A stretch of 35,628 nucleotides of DNA from assembly GCA_947258875.1 (NCBI GenBank), contig CAMYKB010000021.1, positions 1 through 35,628 of the forward strand, given 5' to 3'. This document shows positions 19,857 through 29,090 of this stretch, in pieces. The notes under the pieces are model-generated. The model was not told where the DNA came from and did not search any database. It saw only the letters and a list, made by a program, of their open reading frames with translations. Made by a program: the position numbers and the translations under genes. Position 1 is the first letter of the stretch, and each line of letters starts with the position of its first letter. Source of the stretch: an uncultured Gammaproteobacteria bacterium. Lineage in GTDB: Bacteria > Pseudomonadota > Gammaproteobacteria > CAMYKB01.

Positions 19857-20132
19857 TTAGGCTGAAACGGGAAACAGCAGCTTGTCGAGTTCGCCTTTAC
19901 GGTCGAGGGCCGCCATATCATCGTAACCACCTACATGTGTACTGCCGATAAAAATCTGCGGTACTGTAGAACGGCCGCTGCGCTTTTCCATTTCACTGCG
20001 CAAGTTACGATCACCGTCGACGCTGCGTTCTTCGTATTTGACCTTCTTGTTTTTGAGCAGGCGCTTTGCCCACGAGCAATACGGACAGAAGCTGCTGCTA
20101 TAGACAACAATGTGTTGATTTGTTCCGGTCAT
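19857..20132 (-). CDS. grxC: glutaredoxin 3
   Basis: CPYC active site, TVPQIF and GG(Y)DD motifs. Start reassigned to the ATG at 20132, which overlaps the rhodanese TGA stop (ATGA translational coupling). Confidence 0.9.
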   Translation of the reverse strand: MTGTNQHIVVYSSSFCPYCSWAKRLLKNKKVKYEERSVDGDRNLRSEMEKRSGRSTVPQIFIGSTHVGGYDDMAALDRKGELDKLLFPVSA

Positions 20133-20566
20133 TTTTTCTCGAGTGGCAGGTTCGCTTGTTGCCAACCAACAACACCGCCTTTCAGGTTGTATACATTAGT
20201 GAATTCGTTTTTCAAAAGAATATTGCAGGCCATTCCACTGCGCTGCCCCGAGCGACAGAATGTAATAACCGGTTTGTCCTTGAATTTCTTGAGTTCATCG
20301 ACGCGTTGCCGTAGCACGCTGTACGCCAGGTGTTTCGAGCCACTGATGGTGCCTTGCGCGAGTTCGGCGTCTTCACGCACGTCTAGCATCACTGCCGAAT
20401 CGTGGTTCATCAGCATCACGGCCTCAGTAGCTGACAACTCTTTATAGCCCCGCGTAAACCGACGGAATTCGCTCCACACAATCATCGCTATGACCGCCAC
20501 TAAGGCGGCGAACAGGAAAAGGTTATTGCTGATAAATTCGCTGTACTGACTCATACTGCTACGCAT
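20129..20566 (-). CDS. yibN: membrane-anchored rhodanese-domain sulfurtransferase (YibN-like)
   Basis: N-terminal TM helix, then a rhodanese domain with active-site FCRSGQRS. GGAG lies 5 nt upstream of the ATG. It heads the yibN-grxC-secB-gpsA arrangement known from E. coli. Confidence 0.85.
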   Translation of the reverse strand: MRSSMSQYSEFISNNLFLFAALVAVIAMIVWSEFRRFTRGYKELSATEAVMLMNHDSAVMLDVREDAELAQGTISGSKHLAYSVLRQRVDELKKFKDKPVITFCRSGQRSGMACNILLKNEFTNVYNLKGGVVGWQQANLPLEKK

Positions 20567-20660
20567 AGGCTCCGGTATTCAAAGAGGCTGAATATTAGCA
20601 GGGTTTCGGGGTGAATCGAAGGCCACGGGGCCGGCCTGTATCAGCTGACTCGGCCTTTGG

Positions 20661-20972
20661 CTAGTCGGTACTGCAGAACACTTGCTGCATCATACCGATG
20701 AGGCGCAGGGTGCGGTTATCGCCGACACGATAGTAGACGCGATTGGCATCTTTACGTGACGCCAGAATACCCTTATCGCGTAAAATAGCCAGATGTTGAG
20801 ATATATTGCTCTGTGATGTACCGACACTCTCAACGATTTCCTGTACGCTGACCTCCTTGTCCCCTAGAGTGCAAAGGATCTTGAGTCTCAAGGGGTGCGA
20901 CATGGCCTTGAGGGAACGTGAGGCTCGCTCGATATCATCGTCACGCGACATGAGCTCGGATATTGCAGTCAT
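20661..20972 (-). CDS. ArsR/SmtB-family transcriptional regulator
   Basis: Winged HTH with HPLRLKIL...NISQHL. Start moved to the ATG at 20972 (AGGGA upstream), giving about 103 aa. Two Cys residues (ILCTL and the C-terminal VFCSTD). It lies 95 bp upstream of the rhodanese gene. Confidence 0.75.
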   Translation of the reverse strand: MTAISELMSRDDDIERASRSLKAMSHPLRLKILCTLGDKEVSVQEIVESVGTSQSNISQHLAILRDKGILASRKDANRVYYRVGDNRTLRLIGMMQQVFCSTD

Positions 20973-21172
20973 AAAACAGATCCCTGAGGTGCTTGGACTA
21001 CCGCGTGGCGGTCTGGAGTTAAGCCGAAGTATATTAGCAATATAGCATAAAGTAATAAGTTTATTATGACCATTAGTATTCAAACACGTGTTTTCGTGCA
21101 CCTGGAAATGGCTTCTGGGATGCTATTTTCCGCCGCTACGCGGCGAAGTGCCAGGTCATTGAGCTGCGCCCT

Positions 21173-22357
21173 GTGAGGCGAGGCGCCTGCCTGGCTCTGG
21201 CCCTGCTATTGTTGGCCAGCGGCCCATCGATGGCTGAAATAAGCCACGAAGAGGCCGTAGACCGGCTGCAGTCGGTGCAGAAAAAGATCCAGAAGTTGCG
21301 CAAGAAATTGCGCAACTCTCGCCATAAGGCCGATACACTACAGGCCGAGCTGGCCGAGGTGGAATCCCGCATCGGGCAACTCGGGCAACGCCTCAAGCGC
21401 ACCGAAAAGCAATTAGGTACGCAGCGCAAACAACTCAAGACCCTGCGCAGCCGGGAGTCTGAGCTACAGGCTGAGCTCGAGCAACAACATGATGCACTCA
21501 GTCTTCAACTGCTGACTGCATACCGTGTAGGGCGCCAGGAAAAGCTAAAACTACTTCTAAATCAACAGGATCCGTCATCGGTCGGGCGCACATTGGTGTA
21601 TTATCAATACTTCAATGAGGCGCGTAGCCGCAATATCAGCAACGTTGCCGCCACCCTTACGGCCCTCAATGACACAAAACAACAAATCAGCCAAAAGACC
21701 CAGTCACTCTCTGAACTGAGCCACACGCTACGCGAGGAAAAGACCAAGTGGGTGCAAAACCGTAACCGCCGACAGGTGGTATTGGCTTCGCTCAACAAAG
21801 AAATCAACGCCACCGGCGGCTCCATTTCCAGCCTGCAGAAGAACGAACGTGAGCTGCAGCAGTTGATCGAGTCCTTGCAAGACGTATTGGCTGACATTCC
21901 GCAGGGTATCGGGCAGAAGGCTGCCTTCAGCAAGCTCAAGGGCACGCTGCCGTGGCCAATCACGGGGACATTACAGAGCCGCTTTGGTCAACAGCGCCCC
22001 AACGGCGGGCCTAAATGGCAGGGCGTTTTCATCGAATCCAAAGAGGGCAAAAACGTACGCGCCATCTCACACGGCCGCATCGCCTTCGCAGACTGGATGC
22101 GAGGGTACGGACTGCTGGTCATCATCGACCACGGTCATGGTTATATGAGCCTGTATGGCCATAACCAGAGTCTGTACAAGGCAACCGGGGAGTGGGTGCA
22201 ACCAGGCGAGGTCATTGCCGAGGTTGGGGATAGCGGCGGCCAACAGACCAGCGGGCTCTACTTCGAGATCCGCTATAAAGGTAAACCCATCAACCCCAGA
22301 AAGTGGTGCTCGCGAGACAGTGCTCGCATTTCCCTCAACACCCGTGAAATCCCCTGA
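21173..22357 (+). CDS. envC: murein hydrolase activator EnvC-like (coiled-coil plus LytM/M23 domain)
   Basis: Signal peptide, long coiled-coil (repeated QKKIQKLRKKL / LQAELA heptads), and a C-terminal M23 domain (HGHGYMSLYGH, DSGG). GTG start at 21173. The precise start is uncertain. Confidence 0.8.
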   Translation: MRRGACLALALLLLASGPSMAEISHEEAVDRLQSVQKKIQKLRKKLRNSRHKADTLQAELAEVESRIGQLGQRLKRTEKQLGTQRKQLKTLRSRESELQAELEQQHDALSLQLLTAYRVGRQEKLKLLLNQQDPSSVGRTLVYYQYFNEARSRNISNVAATLTALNDTKQQISQKTQSLSELSHTLREEKTKWVQNRNRRQVVLASLNKEINATGGSISSLQKNERELQQLIESLQDVLADIPQGIGQKAAFSKLKGTLPWPITGTLQSRFGQQRPNGGPKWQGVFIESKEGKNVRAISHGRIAFADWMRGYGLLVIIDHGHGYMSLYGHNQSLYKATGEWVQPGEVIAEVGDSGGQQTSGLYFEIRYKGKPINPRKWCSRDSARISLNTREIP

Positions 22358-22587
22358 TGATCTTCAGGGATTCAGCGGAGTATGTCGGCGCGCTGTCAGT
22401 TTAGTGGTAACATGCTGGAAGGCACTGGCAGTACCCATTCGAAATCCCTGGACCTAAAGTTGCTGGTTTGCCCGTACTTGACCGTCAAGCAGGAATTTTG
22501 TGCGTTAATCAGGGTCTACCTGTTCTAGCTACCTAGTATTGCTACTATGGCATTACTCACCCGATACCTGAAATTAGGAGAAAGGGG

Positions 22588-23901
22588 ATGAAATTGAAAC
22601 CCCATATGTTCATGGGTCTGTTACTTGGGCTTGTTCTTGGCGTCACCTTGAGTGTCGGCCACGGTGTGTTCGCGGAACGCGATTCGAGCACCTCGTCTAC
22701 AGTTATTCCCCTTGATGAATTGCGCGCCTTCTCTGACGTCTATGCACGTATCAAGAAGGATTACGTTGTAGAAGTCGAGGACAAAGAACTGCTCGAAAAT
22801 GCTATCCGTGGCATGTTGACCGGGCTGGACCCACACTCCTCCTATTTAAACGCCGAAGAGTTCAAGGAACTGCAAATCGGTACTACCGGTGAGTTCGGCG
22901 GCCTAGGTATCGAGGTTGGTATGGAAGATGGTTTCGTCAAGGTGATCTCACCTATCGACGACACACCGGCCGCTCGCGCTGGCATCCTCGCCGGCGACCT
23001 GATCATTCGCCTAGACGACAAACCGGTTAAAGGCATGACACTCAACGATGCCGTCAAGGTCATGCGGGGTAAACGCGGCACCGAGATTACACTCACTATC
23101 ATCCGTGAAGGCGCAAACAAACCGCTCAAGTTCACAGTCGAACGCGACATCATCAAGGTCAGGAGCGTTAAACAACGCACCCTGGATCCGGGTTATGGCT
23201 ACGTCCGCATCTCCAGCTTCCAGTCACGCACATCGCATGATCTGGAGGAGGCCATTGAAAAACTCCGCAAGGAAAACGATGGCAAGATCAAGGGCCTGGT
23301 GCTGGACCTGCGTAACAATCCGGGCGGTGTGCTCAATGGCGCGGTCGGTGTTTCCGATGCCTTTATCGATGATGGATTAATTGTCTATACAGAAGGGCGC
23401 GTGCAAGACTCGGTGTTACGTTATTCCGCCAGTCGCGGTGACGTACTCGATGGCGCGCCACTGGTCATTCTTATCAATCAGGGCTCGGCCTCTGCCTCCG
23501 AGATTGTTGCTGGCGCTCTGCAGGATCACAACCGTGCCATCATCATGGGCACCAAGTCATTTGGTAAGGGGTCCGTACAAACCATCCTGCCGTTGAGCGA
23601 AAAGTCTGCACTTAAACTAACCACCGCGCGTTACTTCACGCCTTCAGGCCGCTCAATCCAGGCCCAGGGTATCGAGCCGGACATCCAGCTCGATAACCTC
23701 AAGGTTACCAAGCTGGAAGATGATGCCATACTACGGCTGAAGGAATCCGACCTTTCCGGACACCTGGAAAACGGAAACGAGGATGGTCGTCAGCCGCTGA
23801 CACAAAACACGGTAGACACATCGCTCGCCAGCGACGATTACCAGTTGAATGAAGCGCTGAATCTACTTAAAGGTATCGCAATACTCGGCCAGAAGGGGTG
23901 A
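22588..23901 (+). CDS. ctpA: carboxyl-terminal processing protease (S41A, PDZ-containing) CtpA
   Basis: An AGGAGAAAGGGG Shine-Dalgarno precedes the start. It has a signal peptide, a PDZ domain, and an S41 catalytic core with GSASASEI and K-containing TTARYFTPSGRSIQ. The envC-ctpA order matches Pseudomonas. Confidence 0.93.
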   Translation: MKLKPHMFMGLLLGLVLGVTLSVGHGVFAERDSSTSSTVIPLDELRAFSDVYARIKKDYVVEVEDKELLENAIRGMLTGLDPHSSYLNAEEFKELQIGTTGEFGGLGIEVGMEDGFVKVISPIDDTPAARAGILAGDLIIRLDDKPVKGMTLNDAVKVMRGKRGTEITLTIIREGANKPLKFTVERDIIKVRSVKQRTLDPGYGYVRISSFQSRTSHDLEEAIEKLRKENDGKIKGLVLDLRNNPGGVLNGAVGVSDAFIDDGLIVYTEGRVQDSVLRYSASRGDVLDGAPLVILINQGSASASEIVAGALQDHNRAIIMGTKSFGKGSVQTILPLSEKSALKLTTARYFTPSGRSIQAQGIEPDIQLDNLKVTKLEDDAILRLKESDLSGHLENGNEDGRQPLTQNTVDTSLASDDYQLNEALNLLKGIAILGQKG

Positions 23902-23902
23902 T

Positions 23903-24745
23903 ATGGCTGCAAACAAATACACAGGGTTCGGCAAGTTCATCTTGCCGGCCCTGTTATTGACGTGCCAGCCGGTAGCAGCAACTGACACCCATCGATCCGT
24001 AGCGTCTCCTGCGGTTGCCATCATCATCGATGACCTGGGCAACCGTTACAACCAGGATCTACGCGCTATAAAGTTGCCGGGGCAGGTAACTTATGCTTTT
24101 CTCCCGTACACACCACATGCTAGCGAACTTGCACAGCTGGCCCATGATTCCAACAAGGAAATTATGTTGCATGCCCCCATGCAAGACATGGAGGGACGGC
24201 CCCTAGGTCCGGGCGCACTCACCCTGGACATGACAGAGCATGAGTTCAAGCAAAGCCTGCGTAACAGTATTGCATCAATTCCTTATGTACGTGGCATCAA
24301 TAACCATATGGGCAGCCTGTTAACACGCCATCCGGGACACATGGGCTGGTTGATGGAGCTGCTTGCAGAAGACGGCCAATCCCTTTACTTCGTCGATAGC
24401 CGCACCACTCACCATACTGTCGCTCAACAAATCGCCGAAGAAAAAGGTATTCCACACCTACGTCGTCATGTGTTTCTTGATACCATCGCGCACGACCCTG
24501 CTTATGTACGCGCGCAATTCAGAGCCTTATTGCGGCAGGCCAAGACTGAGGGTAGCGCTGTCGCCATCGGCCACCCTTACCCGGCGACACTTGACGTCTT
24601 GCAAAATGAATTACAACAGCTTAAATATAAGAATATACGTTTAGTAAGTGTCAGTGAGTTACTGTTACAGCAACGGAGGCCAACATGGCACGCGTCCTCG
24701 TCCCACTCGCACAGGGTTGTGAAGAACTCGAAGCCGTCACGATAA
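23903..24745 (+). CDS. yibQ: divergent polysaccharide deacetylase family protein (YibQ-like)
   Basis: Signal peptide. It has the YibQ / divergent polysaccharide deacetylase pattern (AIIIDDLG, HMG, VFLD). Its start is 1 nt after the ctpA stop. Its 3' end overlaps the next gene by 61 nt. Confidence 0.8.
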   Translation: MAANKYTGFGKFILPALLLTCQPVAATDTHRSVASPAVAIIIDDLGNRYNQDLRAIKLPGQVTYAFLPYTPHASELAQLAHDSNKEIMLHAPMQDMEGRPLGPGALTLDMTEHEFKQSLRNSIASIPYVRGINNHMGSLLTRHPGHMGWLMELLAEDGQSLYFVDSRTTHHTVAQQIAEEKGIPHLRRHVFLDTIAHDPAYVRAQFRALLRQAKTEGSAVAIGHPYPATLDVLQNELQQLKYKNIRLVSVSELLLQQRRPTWHASSSHSHRVVKNSKPSR

Positions 24746-25242
24746 TTGATCTCCTGCGCCGCGCCAGTATAGACGTTATCTGCGCCGGCCTCGACGAGCA
24801 GCCCGTTAAGGGATCCCGCGGCACGGTACTGCTGCCTGACACCACCATCGATCAGGTGCAGGATGACGATTTCGACATGGTTGTGCTCCCCGGCGGCCTG
24901 CCCGGCGCCGATTATCTGGATAAGGATCCGCGCATCCATAGCCTACTGCAGCGTATGGCATCAAACGGCAACTACACGGCCGCCATCTGCGCCGCACCCA
25001 AAGTGCTCGCGAACGCCGGCCTACTCCAGCATAAAAAGGCCACCGGCTACCCCGGTGTACTGGATAATCTCGCACTCGTTGATACTGAAATCACGAATCA
25101 AGCTGTGCTTGTTGACGGCAAGGTTATTACCTCACGTGGCCCCGGAACCGCTATGGATTTTGCACTGGAGCTCATCAAAGTACTGGCAGGCAAGGCCAAG
25201 CGAGACCAGGTCGAACAGCTGTTACAGCGTTCGGCACATTAA
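24685..25242 (+). CDS. DJ-1/PfpI (ThiJ/YajL-like) family protein
   Basis: MARVLVPLAQGCEELEAV N-terminus and an AAICAAP nucleophile-elbow Cys, typical of DJ-1/YajL. 185 aa. Confidence 0.85.
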   Translation: MARVLVPLAQGCEELEAVTIIDLLRRASIDVICAGLDEQPVKGSRGTVLLPDTTIDQVQDDDFDMVVLPGGLPGADYLDKDPRIHSLLQRMASNGNYTAAICAAPKVLANAGLLQHKKATGYPGVLDNLALVDTEITNQAVLVDGKVITSRGPGTAMDFALELIKVLAGKAKRDQVEQLLQRSAH

Positions 25243-26555
25243 TCTCGGTAGAGATCGTCGCGCCGCAAAGGTATGCCCAACGGCTGGCGGTTGTGCCCGG
25301 CAAGCACCTGATAGATCCCCAGACTGCCTTCATTGAAATAAAAGGCAGAGCCTGCCATATACAAACGCCAGACACGATAAGTCGCACTACCAATCTCCGC
25401 TATGGCTTCGCTGGCATGTTGTTCCAGATTCGCTACCCAGTGCCGTAACGTCATCACATAATGCTGTCGCAGGCCTTCGACATCGATGACCTCAAACCCT
25501 GCATCCTCCATGGTGGTGACAACATTACTGATCCGTGCCAACTCGCCATCGGGAAACACATATCGATTCGCAAACGCAGCGGTGGCACGTTCCGGTTGCC
25601 AACCAGTATCATTGGTGATGCCATGATTGAGAAACAAACCGCCCGGTCGTAACACACGCTTAATGATGTTGAAGTACTGTGGGAATCTATCGATGCCAAT
25701 GTGCTCGAACATACCGACGCTGACGACTTTATCGTAGACAGGCTCATTGGACAGGTCGCGGTAATCACGCAACTCAATGTCAATTTTATCCTCGAGACCC
25801 TCTGCATGAATTCTTTCACGGGCGTGCTTGTATTGCTGTTCACTGAGGGTAATACCATGCGCCGTGACGCCATACTTTTTTGTCGCCCACATAACTAGTG
25901 CCCCCCAACCACAACCAATATCCAGGAGTTTCTCACCGGGTTTAAGGCGTAATTTACGGCAAATAATATCGAGCTTGTCATGTTGCGCATCTGCCAACGG
26001 CTGCTCTGCATCGCGAAAGTACGCACAGGAGTACACCATTTCAGGGTCGAGCCATAAACGGTAAAAATTATTAGACACGTCATAGTGGTGGGAAATGCTG
26101 GCACGTGAATTCCGCCGCGCCTCACGACGTGCACGCACGCTCTTATATGAAGTATTTGTTTGCGGCGGCAAACTTAATGCTTGACGCGATAACCTCATGC
26201 GGTGTGACCACGGCAAGCGCTGGTTTTGTAAGTGCTCGACAAGACCAAACAGCGACTCAACATCACCCTCAAAATCGATTAAACCGGACAAATGGGCGTC
26301 AGCGAGACGGATAAGGCCATGACGCAAGACCAGCCCACGCAGCGCCTCAGGGTCATTAAAGACAACCGTGCACACGGGGTTGCTATGCTGGCAGAAAACT
26401 TCACCATTCCAAAGGCGGAACGCAACTGGCCCCGAGTACCGTTCCATCAATAGCCTCAGGATACTGCGCCCCGACTTTAGTACAGTTAAATCTTTACTAA
26501 AGCTCTGCGCTTGCCTGATAGACCTATCCTGGTTTTGTGCAGGTGCTTGTGCCAT
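25239..26555 (-). CDS. cfa: cyclopropane-fatty-acyl-phospholipid synthase
   Basis: SAM-MTase motifs (LDIGCGWG, VSVGMFEHIG) and the Cfa C-terminal region (YVFPDGEL, YMAGSAFYF). The N-terminus is about 50 aa longer than E. coli Cfa, so the true start may be internal. Confidence 0.9.
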   Translation of the reverse strand: MAQAPAQNQDRSIRQAQSFSKDLTVLKSGRSILRLLMERYSGPVAFRLWNGEVFCQHSNPVCTVVFNDPEALRGLVLRHGLIRLADAHLSGLIDFEGDVESLFGLVEHLQNQRLPWSHRMRLSRQALSLPPQTNTSYKSVRARREARRNSRASISHHYDVSNNFYRLWLDPEMVYSCAYFRDAEQPLADAQHDKLDIICRKLRLKPGEKLLDIGCGWGALVMWATKKYGVTAHGITLSEQQYKHARERIHAEGLEDKIDIELRDYRDLSNEPVYDKVVSVGMFEHIGIDRFPQYFNIIKRVLRPGGLFLNHGITNDTGWQPERATAAFANRYVFPDGELARISNVVTTMEDAGFEVIDVEGLRQHYVMTLRHWVANLEQHASEAIAEIGSATYRVWRLYMAGSAFYFNEGSLGIYQVLAGHNRQPLGIPLRRDDLYRD

Positions 26556-26679
26556 CTATTCCTCCTCCTACTGAAGAGAAAATGTGATTGGCCAACTTTG
26601 CCAACTTAACTTATATCGCAGCCTTATTTATTGATATGAGGCAATTGTTATGGAGTATATGCAGATATGGTTATCAGCA

Positions 26680-27039
26680 TCAGACATCTGAGGCATTCCA
26701 ATTACTGAACGCCAATACCCAGTCCATGGTCCTTGGATTTTCATTACCCCTGTCGATAAGCAAATGGCCGATTTCGATCATCACTTCACGCATCTCACGC
26801 ACCTGTAGTTTCCTGGCCTCAGCTGCAAACTGTGGATACTCATCCATTGTTTTATCTGCCAGTGAACCGGCACCTCCCCAGAACTCATTGCTATTGAGCG
26901 CCACCCATAAATCCTCCTCATTACACGCAGCTTGATTAATCACTTCGCCCAGCCAATCAGCTGCCGCTCTATCACAACTAGCAAACACCAACCGCAGGCG
27001 CTCGAGTAACTGTAGCATGGCAGTTAGTTTGTCCAACAT
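26680..27039 (-). CDS. hypothetical protein, tightly linked to the REC-MBL gene
   Basis: ORF of about 119-121 aa, with an ATG at 27039 or a TTG at 27045. Its start is 11 nt after the REC-MBL stop. It has coding-like composition but no recognisable Shine-Dalgarno and no recognisable family. Confidence 0.4.
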   Translation of the reverse strand: MLDKLTAMLQLLERLRLVFASCDRAAADWLGEVINQAACNEEDLWVALNSNEFWGGAGSLADKTMDEYPQFAAEARKLQVREMREVMIEIGHLLIDRGNENPRTMDWVLAFSNWNASDV

Positions 27040-27050
27040 CTGCAATAGGT

Positions 27051-28280
27051 TTATACGTTAACGACCAGCCGCTCTCTCGGCGCAATACATTGGGTTGCAG
27101 AGTTCAATGCCTGCAATAGGCGTTCGGCCTCGGCCTGCTTACGATCGATGTCAAAATCTTTCTGGTCAGGATCATGGTGAAACAGATAAAGCGTCTTAAC
27201 ACCTGCATTATGCGCGAGCTGTACAACCTGTCCCAGCGAAGAATGCCCCCAACCTATCTTGTCAGGATAGTCATTATCGAAAAAAGTGGTGTCCGTAATC
27301 AGCATGTCACAGGACCTGACAAACTCCGTTAGTTTTTCAACATAACTTACATCATGATACTGTGACTCCTGCGGATAGAGCTCGTTGTCAGTGACGTAAC
27401 AGACCGAGCGCCCATTATGATTTATGCGATACCCCAGGCAATAACCGGGATGCTTAAGCAACATGGTTCTGATTTCGATATCGTCGAACTCATAACTACG
27501 CTCACGCAAGTCCCGGAAAGTCACACTTGCAGCGAATTCTTTGATAGTAATTGGAAAATAGACGTTGTCCATTTGTGCGGAAATCAAATCCTGCATCGTC
27601 AGGTCGCCCTGACTGGGACCGCAAATTTCAAACGAATTACCGGCAATGTACAACGGCGCAAAGAAAGGCATAGCATTGATATGGTCCCAGTGTGCATGGG
27701 AGATAAAGATCCTGGCATTGATACCTTCACCCTTATTTTCTACCAGATGATCACCTAACGCCTTGATACCTGTGCCTGCATCGAAAATAAACTTCCTTTC
27801 TCGCGAGAACGACAGGCTAACGCATGAAGTATTCCCACCATAGTGTACCGAATCAGGCCCCGGTACCGGCAAGGTTCCGCGCACACCCCAAAAACAAACC
27901 TCTATCTGGTCAGAAATAATTCTGCGTACCTGCTCAATAAATGAGCTTGGGTCAATAGGTTTGTTGAAATAACCATTGGCACCAAACTGGTAAGCTCGCC
28001 TTTGATCAAAGCTATAGGATTTCGCCGTTAACATAATGATGGCCGTATCATGCAAGGCCTTTTCTGCACGCAAGTGCCTGCACATCTCAAGCCCATCCAT
28101 GCCTGGCATCATGATATCCGTGATCACACAGTCTGGCGGGTCAGCCGTAATCTCTTCCAATGCAGCCACACTGGATGTATTGGAACGCACATGAAAACCC
28201 TCCGCCTCCAGCAGCGCTGTCGTCAGATCATTTACGTCCTGGTCGTCATCAACGACATAGAAAGACAGTGATGTGCTCAT
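27051..28280 (-). CDS. response regulator receiver domain fused to MBL-fold metallo-hydrolase
   Basis: N-terminal REC domain (VVDDD, phospho-acceptor D in VITDIMMPGMDG, T, and K in FNKP). It is followed by a metallo-beta-lactamase-fold domain with the HAHWDH (HxHxDH) motif and downstream His/Asp ligands. No histidine kinase is adjacent. Confidence 0.85.
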   Translation of the reverse strand: MSTSLSFYVVDDDQDVNDLTTALLEAEGFHVRSNTSSVAALEEITADPPDCVITDIMMPGMDGLEMCRHLRAEKALHDTAIIMLTAKSYSFDQRRAYQFGANGYFNKPIDPSSFIEQVRRIISDQIEVCFWGVRGTLPVPGPDSVHYGGNTSCVSLSFSRERKFIFDAGTGIKALGDHLVENKGEGINARIFISHAHWDHINAMPFFAPLYIAGNSFEICGPSQGDLTMQDLISAQMDNVYFPITIKEFAASVTFRDLRERSYEFDDIEIRTMLLKHPGYCLGYRINHNGRSVCYVTDNELYPQESQYHDVSYVEKLTEFVRSCDMLITDTTFFDNDYPDKIGWGHSSLGQVVQLAHNAGVKTLYLFHHDPDQKDFDIDRKQAEAERLLQALNSATQCIAPRERLVVNV

Positions 28281-28345
28281 TTAATTGCCTGGTTTTGTTA
28301 TTAGCTTTTGGTCCGGGCAGGCTGGAGATTATTATGGAACGAGTT

Positions 28346-28969
28346 TTACGTGACGACTGACCCGCGTTGCTTCGCGCTTTGGAATCCCGGGCGTTGCAAC
28401 ATACGCTCCGCGTAACTCCATAATTCCGCCTGTTCGATATCAACTTTTGCCGCTCTCGTCCATAACAATGTATGAGCCAGCAGGATATCAGCAGCAGTAA
28501 AGCAATCGCCAACGATAAACTCCTTATTGCCCAGACCAAGGTGTACAACTCTGGCGGCATTCTGGAATTCCCATTTGGCCGTTTCATCGATCTGTGGAAT
28601 ACGCCGCTCACGGGGTAACACGAACTTATGCTTGGCGAGCGTCCACAGCGGCTGCTCAAGCTCAGTCAACACAAAGTAACACCACTTATTATAAAGTGCG
28701 CGTTCGACTGTGCCATATTTTGGCACAAGCCCTGATTCAGGAAATTTATCACCAAGATAAGTGCAAATCGCTGCTGATTCAGTGAGTATTAAATCGCCGT
28801 CTACAATTGCGGGCACCTTTCCTGCAGGATTAATATCCAGGTAGGATTTTCCTCCCGCTTTTAGTTTGCCAAGATCAACAGGAACATAATCATATTCTTC
28901 ACCGATCTCCTCTAACGTCCATAAAACCCGCGTGGAACGTGAGTGAGGGAGACCATAGACTTTAATCAT
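28346..28969 (-). CDS. glutathione S-transferase
   Basis: Start reassigned to MIKVYGLPHS (ATG at 28969). The N-terminal thioredoxin-like GST domain carries the catalytic Ser/Thr region (HSRSTRVLW), cis-Pro (KVPAIV) and ESAAI motifs, followed by a C-terminal helical domain. About 207 aa. Confidence 0.85.
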   Translation of the reverse strand: MIKVYGLPHSRSTRVLWTLEEIGEEYDYVPVDLGKLKAGGKSYLDINPAGKVPAIVDGDLILTESAAICTYLGDKFPESGLVPKYGTVERALYNKWCYFVLTELEQPLWTLAKHKFVLPRERRIPQIDETAKWEFQNAARVVHLGLGNKEFIVGDCFTAADILLAHTLLWTRAAKVDIEQAELWSYAERMLQRPGFQSAKQRGSVVT

Positions 28970-29090
28970 CGAGGTTGACACCTTAGTTTTTAGTAAGCTA
29001 AGACACAGGCGCCACTTTATCCTAAGGATGCAACATGCGCAAAAATACGACGGCCTGAGCCGCCGTATCAGCACATTTTTGCATGGGGCT

